Shown here in pieces: positions 1-8,564 of a stretch of 64,000 nucleotides of DNA; within the stretch, counting starts at the first letter, position 1; the number at the start of each line of letters is the position of its first letter. This DNA comes from an uncultured Candidatus Saccharibacteria bacterium (GTDB lineage: Bacteria; Patescibacteriota; Andersenbacteria; UBA10190): assembly GCA_964610055.1 (NCBI GenBank), contig CAZSUC010000002.1, forward strand, positions 18,283 to 82,282. The letters run 5' to 3'. The position numbers were made by a program, and so were the translations under genes. Below the pieces are notes generated by a model. That model made no database searches. It was given only the letters and a program-made list of their open reading frames with translations, and was not told where the DNA came from.

Positions 1-27
1 AGAATTTTCTCGGTTTTTAAGTAAATT

Positions 28-369
28 ATGCAATCTAAAAATAAACTTATATATTGGTTACCCAGAATATTGTCATTAGGGTTTGTTGGATTTATATCGT
101 TGTTTGCGTTAGACGTATTTAGTGAATATCAGGGGGTTAGTGTAGTAGTACCGCTACTCATACATTTAATACCGTCTTTGATTTTACTTGGTTTAAGTGT
201 AATAGCTTGGAAATGGAATTTAGTGGGCGTGGTTTTGTTTGGATTGGTTGCGCTGGGGTATGTTGCAATGGTGGGATGGGGGCGGCCGTGGAGTTGGTAT
301 GCTTTTATTTCGGGGCCAGCTTTATTAGTGGCGGTGTTGTATTATCTAAGTTGGAAACAAAATGATTAA
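28..369 (+). CDS. small multi-pass membrane protein, hypothetical
   Basis: 113 aa with about 4 hydrophobic segments (WLPRILS..., LIHLIPSLILL...). Confidence 0.75.
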   Translation: MQSKNKLIYWLPRILSLGFVGFISLFALDVFSEYQGVSVVVPLLIHLIPSLILLGLSVIAWKWNLVGVVLFGLVALGYVAMVGWGRPWSWYAFISGPALLVAVLYYLSWKQND

Positions 370-449
370 ATATGATGGCTATACAAGCAAGCAGGATTTA
401 GAATTAAAACAAGAAGTTGCTGAAGTAACGATTAATATTACCGCGGAAT

Positions 450-2324
450 TTAAGCGCGATCAGAATTGGTGGTGATATTAGGTTTTGCTTGGGCGCGAAC
501 GCGGAAAGAGTTGGATAAGGGTAGAAAGTCAGACAGAAAGTTATAAGCAGCGGCGCCGGCGGGTCCGATGAGTCCGCCAAAGACAAAGGCTAGGCCGATG
601 GCGTTCGTGCAGCCCCAAATCCAAAAGTCTTGCAAAGAGATAATGCGAGCGCGGCGAGCTAATTGAATTGCGGTAGGGAGAGCGGATAAATCATCGCGCA
701 TAAGAACAATTTGAGCGGATTCGATAGTTCCTTCAGTGCCTAATCCCCCCATAGCAATGCCAACGCTGGCAATAGATAGAGCGGCGGCGTCATTGACGCC
801 ATCGCCAACCATGGCAAGAGATTGTTCGGACTGGAGACGACGAATGATGTTAACTTTGTCTTGAGGTAAGAGATCGGCGTGCCATTCGTCAATGCTAAGT
901 TGGCGAGCAACTGAAGCAGCAACACGATCGTTATCACCGGTTAGCATAACTATTTTTTGAATGCCGAGGGTACGCAAAGTATCCAAAGCTGTTTTAGCGT
1001 TAGGTTTGATTTGATCGGCGGCGGCAATAAAACCAATGACAGTTTGATTTAAAGCGAGATAAGAGACACTATTGCCGAGAGCAGAAGTTTTATGTGCGGA
1101 TTCTAATAGTGCAGGCGAAATCTCAAGATTTAGTTCAGCAAAGAAAGATTGTTTACCGGTGACGATGACATTTTGATCAAGGTGTGCAATGATGCCTTTC
1201 CCCCCCTTCTCTTCGACTTGTTTGGGGAAAGTAATAGTGTGTCCGTTAGCTTTGGCGTAGTTAATGATAGCGCGAGAAAAAGGATGAGACGAGCGGGCGT
1301 TAACAATAATGCTCCATTTGATAATATCGCTGGGGGTGTAGTTTGAGTCGGGAATAATTTTGGTTACTGCCAGAGATCCAGTGGTTAGTGTGCCGGTTTT
1401 GTCAAAAACAATAGTGCGTAAATTACCGAGAAGCTCAAGATGTTTACCACCTTTAATGATAATGCCATGATTAGCAGCAGCGCGGATGGCGCGGAGATAA
1501 GCAATAGGGATTGCGATAGCAATATCGTCAGCGCACACAACTAAGACGATCGCCAAGACAAGCAGTAAATTGTGGGTGATAGCGTAAAAAATAAAGGAGC
1601 CGGCAAAAATGGTAATGAGATAAAATTTGCCGAAGCGTTCGCCGAGGGTTTGAGAAGATGGTTTTTCTTGACGGGCAGATTCAACTAAGCTGATAACTTT
1701 TTCTAAAGTTGTATCTGAGCCGATATGAGTAGTTCGAATGCGTAAGCTGCCGGATTGAATTAGCGTAGAACTCATAACTCGATCTCCTGTTTGTTTATCA
1801 ACTGGAGTTGATTCACCGGTAAGAGAGGATTCGTCGACGGCAGCAGTGCCGGATATAACTATACCGTCAACTGGGATTCGTTGTCCGAGATCGATTAGAA
1901 CGATGTCGTTTACTTGGACGGTGGCGAGCGGAACAGAAGTGGGTTGGCCTTGGCGTTCAATGGTGGCATTTTCTGGACGGAGTTTAAGTAATCCGCGAAT
2001 GCTTTTTTCAGTACGATCGCGGGTAACATCATCTAAAATGCGAGCGGCAGCCAACATGAGTTCAATAAAGACGGCCGAAGTCCATTCTTGGCTGAGTAAG
2101 GAAAAGATCAGAGCAATAGAGGCGAGTAAGTCCATGGATGCCCATTCGCGTGCTCGTAAAGAGAGGATGGCGCTCCAAAGGACTGGAGTTAGACCGATAA
2201 ATGCGGTAGTAACAAGAATGACTGAGGAATAATTAGACCAAATGTGGCTGAAATGAAGGAGGAGAATGATAAGTAAGAAAATAGCGAGGCCAGAATCAAA
2301 GTGGTAACGAGCTAATGTCCGCAT
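450..2324 (-). CDS. heavy-metal translocating P1B-type ATPase with atypical CADD site
   Basis: TGES, DKTGTLT, SSHP, MLTGD and GDGVND motifs; VVCADD in place of CPC; no N-terminal metal-binding domain. Confidence 0.93.
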   Translation of the reverse strand: MRTLARYHFDSGLAIFLLIILLLHFSHIWSNYSSVILVTTAFIGLTPVLWSAILSLRAREWASMDLLASIALIFSLLSQEWTSAVFIELMLAAARILDDVTRDRTEKSIRGLLKLRPENATIERQGQPTSVPLATVQVNDIVLIDLGQRIPVDGIVISGTAAVDESSLTGESTPVDKQTGDRVMSSTLIQSGSLRIRTTHIGSDTTLEKVISLVESARQEKPSSQTLGERFGKFYLITIFAGSFIFYAITHNLLLVLAIVLVVCADDIAIAIPIAYLRAIRAAANHGIIIKGGKHLELLGNLRTIVFDKTGTLTTGSLAVTKIIPDSNYTPSDIIKWSIIVNARSSHPFSRAIINYAKANGHTITFPKQVEEKGGKGIIAHLDQNVIVTGKQSFFAELNLEISPALLESAHKTSALGNSVSYLALNQTVIGFIAAADQIKPNAKTALDTLRTLGIQKIVMLTGDNDRVAASVARQLSIDEWHADLLPQDKVNIIRRLQSEQSLAMVGDGVNDAAALSIASVGIAMGGLGTEGTIESAQIVLMRDDLSALPTAIQLARRARIISLQDFWIWGCTNAIGLAFVFGGLIGPAGAAAYNFLSDFLPLSNSFRVRAQAKPNITTNSDRA

Positions 2325-2345
2325 ATAAGGATTTTAGCATGAAAG

Positions 2346-2819
2346 TTAATAGGGCTTAGGAGAAAAATTGAGGCAGTAGAAGAGCTGAAGGTTTTGGTGT
2401 GGAGCTGGAACATATGTGATGATAGTAGCAGAGCCATTTTGCGGTTCTTGTCCGTTAACGAAAAATAAGAGGCCTTGAGGAAGAAAAGCGGTGTGATTGA
2501 GAATAAAATCGTGTAAAGGAGAAACCGCAATCGCGATTTGATCTTTAATTATAAGAGTGAGATTACAGGAGTTTAGATTGGTTTGTAATAAATCGGCGGC
2601 TGACTGGTAATTTTGATCGGGAATTTGCATATTAGTAACTAAGCAAAGAAAACCATCGTAATTTTGATTATGAATACGCCAAACAGGATAAGATAGGGTA
2701 TTGTGGGTGATGTAATGCTCTTCTGTGACTAAAAATTCCTCGTTCCAAGCGTATAAGTGGTCGTGGTGATTATTAATTAAAGTGGGGGTGAGAGTCACTA
2801 TAGTATTGTAACGTGACAA
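2346..2819 (-). CDS. hypothetical protein (start uncertain)
   Basis: 157-aa ORF filling the gap, with minus-strand codon bias; no recognisable motif. Confidence 0.45.
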   Translation of the reverse strand: MSRYNTIVTLTPTLINNHHDHLYAWNEEFLVTEEHYITHNTLSYPVWRIHNQNYDGFLCLVTNMQIPDQNYQSAADLLQTNLNSCNLTLIIKDQIAIAVSPLHDFILNHTAFLPQGLLFFVNGQEPQNGSATIITYVPAPHQNLQLFYCLNFSPKPY

Positions 2820-2825
2820 TTATGT

Positions 2826-2854
2826 AAAAAAATAGTCCCCGCAGGGGCGGGGAC
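2826..2854 (-). terminator. intrinsic terminator of the 2882..3256 gene
   Basis: GTCCCCGC/GCGGGGAC 8-bp stem (2835-2842/2847-2854) followed by TATTTTTTT on the minus strand. Confidence 0.8.
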
Positions 2855-2881
2855 AAAAAGGTGCAGGTGTTTGTGGCCGTG

Positions 2882-3256
2882 TTAGACGGCGAGGTCTTCG
2901 CGGCAATTGGCCACGACAGACAAGAACCGGCCGGTTGCGTAGAAATTGTCGAGAAGAATCGTGTTTTGCCTGGTGGTCCAGTTGATGGCGATCTGACCGT
3001 TGGATAATTTTTCCAGGGAGACATTTGTATCTTCGGCGTGGCCGGTTTGATCGAGTTGAGCAAGAAGCTTGCGCCAGTCGTCCAAACTAATCTCGAGGCC
3101 AACATTGGTGAGGGTCATGCCGTCTTCCATGACGCAGTCTTCGCAGAACGCAACACGATTGTTGCGGGCGGCCACGTAGTTTCGGCCGTAGACAAGAGGA
3201 TGCTCAGCAATAAGATGATCATCGCAATTGACTGGTTGAAGAGGCGCTGTGGACAT
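2882..3256 (-). CDS. orphan hypothetical protein, GC-richer than neighbours
   Basis: 124-aa ORF with AGGAG SD, an upstream TTGACA promoter and a downstream terminator; contains CEDC. Confidence 0.7.
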   Translation of the reverse strand: MSTAPLQPVNCDDHLIAEHPLVYGRNYVAARNNRVAFCEDCVMEDGMTLTNVGLEISLDDWRKLLAQLDQTGHAEDTNVSLEKLSNGQIAINWTTRQNTILLDNFYATGRFLSVVANCREDLAV

Positions 3257-3315
3257 GATCCGGCTCCTGCAAAAAAGGTACTGATGGCCTGAAATCCAAA
3301 ATCAGGCTGAATATT

Positions 3316-3343
3316 ACTTTAAGACAAATGTTATTTTTGTCAA
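3316..3343 (-). promoter_or_regulatory. sigma70-type promoter for 2882..3256
   Basis: TTGACA-16 nt-TAAAGT on the minus strand. Confidence 0.5.
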
Positions 3344-3378
3344 TAGATAGATTAAATTAAAGATGTTAAAATTATAAT

Positions 3379-3954
3379 GTGAAAATAGGTTATCAATTTT
3401 GGGGAGGTGTAATTGCAATAGTTGTTTTAATCGGGATAGTGGGGTGGTATAACATGAATCGATCTAATCAGTTGGAGCAGTCTGTGCGTGTGAATCAACA
3501 AAATTGTTTAGCGGATGATTGTTTGCGAGTTGAAGGATTAGAGTATCCAGTGGGAAATTTGTCAGTTGAAGTCCAGGATGCTTTAAATGAAGCGATTAAC
3601 GATGAATATAAGGCGTTGGCAACTTATATGGCAGTGATTGATAACTTGGGTGCGGTACGTCCGTTTGTGATGATTAAAGGAGCGGAAGAGCAACATATTG
3701 CAATGTTGAAAGCGATATACGACAAGTATGGCGTGATGGTGCCGGAGAATGAATGGGTAGGAACAGTAATTGTATCTCAGACATTGTCAGAGTCTTGCCA
3801 AGCGGGGGTTGATGCGGAAGTGGCAAATGCGGCTTTGTATCGTGATGAGTTATTGCCGGTGGTGGTAGATTACGAAGATATTACGTTGGTTTTTCAAAAT
3901 TTAATGAATGCTTCGGAACAAAAGCATTTGCCGGCATTTGAGAAGTGTAATTAA
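3379..3954 (+). CDS. membrane-anchored ferritin-like (DUF2202-type) protein
   Basis: N-terminal TM; DEYKA...EEQH...AEVAN...ASEQKHLPAF carboxylate/His pattern. Confidence 0.75.
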   Translation: MKIGYQFWGGVIAIVVLIGIVGWYNMNRSNQLEQSVRVNQQNCLADDCLRVEGLEYPVGNLSVEVQDALNEAINDEYKALATYMAVIDNLGAVRPFVMIKGAEEQHIAMLKAIYDKYGVMVPENEWVGTVIVSQTLSESCQAGVDAEVANAALYRDELLPVVVDYEDITLVFQNLMNASEQKHLPAFEKCN

Positions 3955-3962
3955 GTGAGAAA

Positions 3963-4490
3963 ATGGAGATTGAATTAGAACGGACATATTTAGTTAAAAG
4001 AACACCGGATGAACTAAAGAGTTTAAAACCGGTTGAAATTTGGGATGTATATTTCCCCAAAGAACATTCGCATCCGGTTTTGAGAATGCGGAAACGCGGA
4101 GAAAAACATGAATTAACTAAAAAGACTTGTTTAAATGAAAATGATTCTTCCGAACAAAAAGAAGATACTATTTTTTTAACCGAGGCAGAATTTAAGGCTT
4201 TAACGAAAGCGCATGGTAAAAATTTACATAAAAATAGATACACTTATAAGCAAGATAACGTGACGATTGAAGTTGATGTCTATTTAGATGACCTGGCTGG
4301 TTTAGTAGTAACTGATTTTGAGTTTGAGTCTCGAGAAGATAAAGATGTGTTTATGATGCCAAATTGGTGTTTAGTAGAAGTAACTCAAGATGAAGCGTTG
4401 GCTGGAGGAAAACTGGCAGGAAAAAAATATAGCGATATATTAGAGGTGTTAGAAAAGTATGGATATAACATGATAAAGAAGTATGAATAA
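3963..4490 (+). CDS. CYTH-domain (triphosphate tunnel) protein
   Basis: N-terminal EIELER (ExExK-like), LRMRK, KNRY, EVDVY, DFEF motifs. Confidence 0.85.
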   Translation: MEIELERTYLVKRTPDELKSLKPVEIWDVYFPKEHSHPVLRMRKRGEKHELTKKTCLNENDSSEQKEDTIFLTEAEFKALTKAHGKNLHKNRYTYKQDNVTIEVDVYLDDLAGLVVTDFEFESREDKDVFMMPNWCLVEVTQDEALAGGKLAGKKYSDILEVLEKYGYNMIKKYE

Positions 4491-4866
4491 GAAGTTTATA
4501 TGGTACTTAATAGGAATAGTGGTTGTTGTATTGGTTTTTGTCTTGTTGGTAGTTAGTGCGCAAATTGGATATGGAGTACAGCAGCGCTGCAAAGCAGCAC
4601 AAGCGCAATATAATGGAGATTGTGTGGAGGCTTTAATGAACCAAGTAGCGGATGAGACTAAAACGAGTGGGAAAAATGATGCGATTTGGGCATTAGGGCA
4701 ATTGGGTGATCGGAGGGCGTTATCTTTTTTGCAACAGTATGATACGGGAGAGACTTTACCAGAACGAGAGTCGTGGGAAGAGGGAATTAGCCAGTATGAA
4801 TTACGCAAAGCAATAAGACTACTGGAAACGGGATGGAATGTGCCGGCGATTTTTTGGCGACATTAA
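4483..4866 (+). CDS. membrane-anchored protein with a HEAT-like repeat
   Basis: N-terminal TM; NDAIWALGQLGDRRAL resembles a PBS-lyase HEAT repeat. Confidence 0.7.
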   Translation: MNKKFIWYLIGIVVVVLVFVLLVVSAQIGYGVQQRCKAAQAQYNGDCVEALMNQVADETKTSGKNDAIWALGQLGDRRALSFLQQYDTGETLPERESWEEGISQYELRKAIRLLETGWNVPAIFWRH

Positions 4867-4893
4867 AAGAGAGGTATAATAGGGTATAAGAAT

Positions 4894-5220
4894 ATGAAAG
4901 TACGGAGGGTACAAAAAATACGACCACCAATAGCAGTCGCACGAGCAGCGGAGCTAGGGTTGGAATTGCGACGAAAATTTCAGCGAGGCGGTACAATGGT
5001 TGGAGTCGCACGGGCACGAGATTTGAAGAACCGTCGAGTCTTAAGTCCGGAAACAATTAAACGGATGGTGAGTTATTTTGCTCGGCATGAAGTTGATAAA
5101 CGTGCGCCGGGTTTCGGAGAAATTGATAAACCGACAAATGGTTATATTGCCTGGTTATTATGGGGTGGAGACGCTGGTAAGAAGTGGGCGCAAAAAATTA
5201 AGCAAGAATTGACTGACTAG
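4894..5220 (+). CDS. small basic protein, standalone IAWLLWGGDAG domain
   Basis: GGTMVGVARARDL...TIKRMVSYFARH...GYIAWLLWGGDAGKKWA. Confidence 0.75.
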   Translation: MKVRRVQKIRPPIAVARAAELGLELRRKFQRGGTMVGVARARDLKNRRVLSPETIKRMVSYFARHEVDKRAPGFGEIDKPTNGYIAWLLWGGDAGKKWAQKIKQELTD

Positions 5221-8200
5221 ACGTTAGATTGGTGATCATCGTGTTCCTTTTTGAAGGTGACGTAATACACGATCGGGATAAAGAAGAGGATAATTAAGCC
5301 GGAAAAGCTAAGACCGGAGATGATAGCCCCGCCGACTCCGCGCCAAAGCGGATCGGAAATAGTGATAGGAACAAGTCCAAGGATCGCGGCAATGGATGTT
5401 AGGCTAATAGCTTCGAGACGACTAGAGGAACCATCAACAATAGCTTCAAAGTATGGCATACCAGATTTAAGATTGGCGGAAATCTTGTCGACAACAAGAA
5501 TGGAGTTTTTTACAACAATACCGAAGAGGGCCAAAATACCAATGAGGGCCGGGAACGACAAAGGTGTGTTGGTGAGAGCAAAAACGAGGAAAACGCCGGA
5601 GATTGATAACGGAATGATCAAGATTACAATCAAGGCTTTGCGGAAAGATTCAAACTGAATGACCATAGTGACGGAGATTAAGATGATCGCAACAATCATG
5701 GCTTGGAGAAGAGAATTGGTTGATTTTTGGTTTTCGTCATTAACGCCACCAACGCTCCAAGAATAGCCGTCGGGTAAATTGATATGGTCAGAGACGTATT
5801 GGGTGAGTTGTTTGTTGATAGCAGAACTGGAATATCCTTGAGTGACGCTAGCAGAAACAGAGATAGTGCGAATACCGTCTTCGCGGATGATTAAAGAAGG
5901 ATTTGGTTCGAGTTTAAAGTCACCAAGATTAGAAATAGGAATATAGCCTGAAGTGGTGGGTATAGATAATTGGCCAATATCTTCAGGAGCAGAAGTACTA
6001 GATTGAAGGCGCAAGGTAATATCTTTGGTTTGATCATTGAGACGAATTTCATCAATAGAAAATCCGCTGGTCAGAATGCGTAGCCAAGTTCCAATGGTTG
6101 AATTATTGATACCAAATTGAGCTAATTTGCTTTGATCGGGAACAAAAGTAATTTTACTGGTACCGTTTTTAACACTTTTATCAATGTTGGCGACGCCAGA
6201 TTGATTTTGCAAGAAGTCGATTGTTTCATCAGCGAGTTGATCTAACTGATCTAGGTCATTGCCAAAGTATTTAATCTGAATATCGCTACCGGCTGGTGGC
6301 CCAGAAGTTTTTTCGATAATTGAAAGTTTGCCGGTAGGGTAATCGGATAATTCTTGACGCAATTGTTCGGCGATGTCATAAGAGGCAAGGTCACGATCGT
6401 CTTTAGGGCTGAGATTCAAAGTAAAGAATGCCTTATTGCTACCAGTACCGGTAAAGTTAACGTCACTGGTATAAACTTGGCCTAAATCTAGAGATAAATA
6501 GGAAAGTTGCGGTGTATTAAGGAGTGTTGGAACTAGCTCTAAAGCAGCAGCTTTACTGGTTTCAAGATTAGTGCCCTCGGGAAATTCAAGGTTTACATAG
6601 AGCGCGTCTTGATCAGTCTTGGGAAAGAATTGAGTCTGGATTAAACCAAAGCCAGCTAAAGAGTAGCAAAAAACACAGAAGGCTAAGATAATAATCATCG
6701 CTTTTTTGCGGCCGGTGCGAGAAGATAAGATACGAGAGATCAGACGTTGATATTTTTGAGTTAAGCCATCAAAGCTAATTAAGCCGGAGGTGAGGCGATT
6801 AAAGAGCGAAGCGAGAGTGTGGGTATGGGAGGTACGGGAATGAATCCATGCCTGAAAGCGGTGCAAGAGAGGCGTGGCAGCGTAATAACTAATAATGAGG
6901 AAGGCGAATAACCCCGCTAACTGGCCAAAGAAAAGACGATTATGAAAAGTTAGGAGAATGAAAATCAAGAAGAGCAATACGGGCAGCAAGAAGCGAATTA
7001 AAAGTTGAACGCGACGAGGAAATTTGGGCTGCAAAGCAATCTTCATGAAAGGCATGGTGATGAACATAGCAACAACGAAAGAGGCGGCGAGAGCAGTTGA
7101 GACGACGACGGGAACAGGTTGGATGAATTCGCCAATAATTCCAGTGGTGATCAGAATGGGAAGGAAAGCAAAGATAGTGGTAAGAGTGGTGGTTGTGATA
7201 GCAATCAGAAAATCTTTCCAAACAAGCAAGGTAGTCTGGTCGGGGGTAAATTTTCCGGTTCGGTAATAAGAAGTCATAGCCGAAATAACGACAATGGTGT
7301 CGTCGATTAGGAGCCCTAAGGCTAGAAGTAAAGCCAGAAAAGAAACAGTGCTAAAATCAACGTCGACAAATTTCATAACGGCAAAAGTAATCAGAAAAGA
7401 GAAAGGAACAGCAAGCGATGCGACAGATGCTTGTTTAATGCCTAAGAAAATGAACATGGTAATAACAATCAAAATGATTGTGAAAGTAAGATCGTGGACT
7501 AGGCGGTTGAATTGTTCATCAATTTCGTCAGCTTGATTGAACTTAGCAATAGTCATGAATTGATCCGGATAAGCTGAAAGTTGACTATCTATTTCCGTCT
7601 GCACGTCATGGACAGCGTCGGTAATGGTCACATTAGAATTACGATAAACATTGAAAGTGACGGCTGGGATGGGGTTTTGATCAGTCGCTGAAACATAATA
7701 GGACTGAATTTGGTCTGGTTTTGATTTTTCAGAGATAGTTGCGATTTCGCCAAGAGCGACGTTGGTGCCGTTAAGATTAAGTTGAACAGTTCGAAAATCA
7801 TCGACTGAGGTAATAGCTTGGTTAATATTAAGCGAAAAGGAAAGTTGATCAGTGTTAGTTGTGCCAGCAGGATAAGCTTGCAAAGCAGTTTGAATAGCTT
7901 GAGCGATAGTGGAAGGGCTGATTTGATATGAGACAATAGTTTCAGGATCGATATCAATTTGAATCTCTTGTTCTTCGAGGCCAGCGGTTTCGATTTTATC
8001 GACAGCGGGGAGAGACTTAAGCTCATCTTCAAGAATTTTGGCAAAGCGAATCAGACTACCATTATCGCCGCGACTGACGAGAGCAAAAGTTAGAACAGGT
8101 TGATTAACGTAATCGTATTTAACAACTTGAGGAGCACCGACGTCATCTGGTAGGTCAGTTAATTCATCGATAGCGGATTGAGTATCAGATCGGGCTTTGT

Positions 8201-8564
8201 CGGGATCAATATTGGTATCAAATTCTAAATAAATAATGGAAGCAGATTCGCGAGAGGTAGATTGGTAGGTTTGAAGACCATTAAGACCTTTAATTTGGTC
8301 TTCAATCGGAATAGTGATGAGTGACTCGATGTCAGAGGGACTAGCGCCGGGAAGAGTAGTAGTGATAACAACGACTGGAATATCGATGTCAGGATAAAGA
8401 ACTTTAGGCAGGGTAATAAAACTAAAAGTACCTAAAAGAGTAATAGCTATAACTAAAAGAAGAGGTAAGCGGGGATTACGAAAATAACGAGCGATTAAGC
8501 TGTGGCCTAATTTATCCGGAAAGTGCAGGTTTTTTAGATATGACGAAGTGGAGTTAGCGGTCAT
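5217..8564 (-). CDS. RND efflux transporter permease (AcrB/CzcA family)
   Basis: PGASPSDIE, LGLLIDDTIVV, GIVVKNSI and SSRL motifs; start moved to ATG 8564 (MTANS), overlapping the adaptor stop. Confidence 0.93.
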   Translation of the reverse strand: MTANSTSSYLKNLHFPDKLGHSLIARYFRNPRLPLLLVIAITLLGTFSFITLPKVLYPDIDIPVVVITTTLPGASPSDIESLITIPIEDQIKGLNGLQTYQSTSRESASIIYLEFDTNIDPDKARSDTQSAIDELTDLPDDVGAPQVVKYDYVNQPVLTFALVSRGDNGSLIRFAKILEDELKSLPAVDKIETAGLEEQEIQIDIDPETIVSYQISPSTIAQAIQTALQAYPAGTTNTDQLSFSLNINQAITSVDDFRTVQLNLNGTNVALGEIATISEKSKPDQIQSYYVSATDQNPIPAVTFNVYRNSNVTITDAVHDVQTEIDSQLSAYPDQFMTIAKFNQADEIDEQFNRLVHDLTFTIILIVITMFIFLGIKQASVASLAVPFSFLITFAVMKFVDVDFSTVSFLALLLALGLLIDDTIVVISAMTSYYRTGKFTPDQTTLLVWKDFLIAITTTTLTTIFAFLPILITTGIIGEFIQPVPVVVSTALAASFVVAMFITMPFMKIALQPKFPRRVQLLIRFLLPVLLFLIFILLTFHNRLFFGQLAGLFAFLIISYYAATPLLHRFQAWIHSRTSHTHTLASLFNRLTSGLISFDGLTQKYQRLISRILSSRTGRKKAMIIILAFCVFCYSLAGFGLIQTQFFPKTDQDALYVNLEFPEGTNLETSKAAALELVPTLLNTPQLSYLSLDLGQVYTSDVNFTGTGSNKAFFTLNLSPKDDRDLASYDIAEQLRQELSDYPTGKLSIIEKTSGPPAGSDIQIKYFGNDLDQLDQLADETIDFLQNQSGVANIDKSVKNGTSKITFVPDQSKLAQFGINNSTIGTWLRILTSGFSIDEIRLNDQTKDITLRLQSSTSAPEDIGQLSIPTTSGYIPISNLGDFKLEPNPSLIIREDGIRTISVSASVTQGYSSSAINKQLTQYVSDHINLPDGYSWSVGGVNDENQKSTNSLLQAMIVAIILISVTMVIQFESFRKALIVILIIPLSISGVFLVFALTNTPLSFPALIGILALFGIVVKNSILVVDKISANLKSGMPYFEAIVDGSSSRLEAISLTSIAAILGLVPITISDPLWRGVGGAIISGLSFSGLIILFFIPIVYYVTFKKEHDDHQSNV

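Noticed and set aside
362-475. 37-codon ORF MIKYDGYTSKQ... after the first gene
   Set aside because: No motif, and it runs into the convergent ATPase; cannot be supported.
2773-3292. Alternative overlapping ORFs 2773..3105(-) and 3038..3292(+)
   Set aside because: Shadow frames of 2882..3256, which has the SD and terminator; the first also runs through the terminator.
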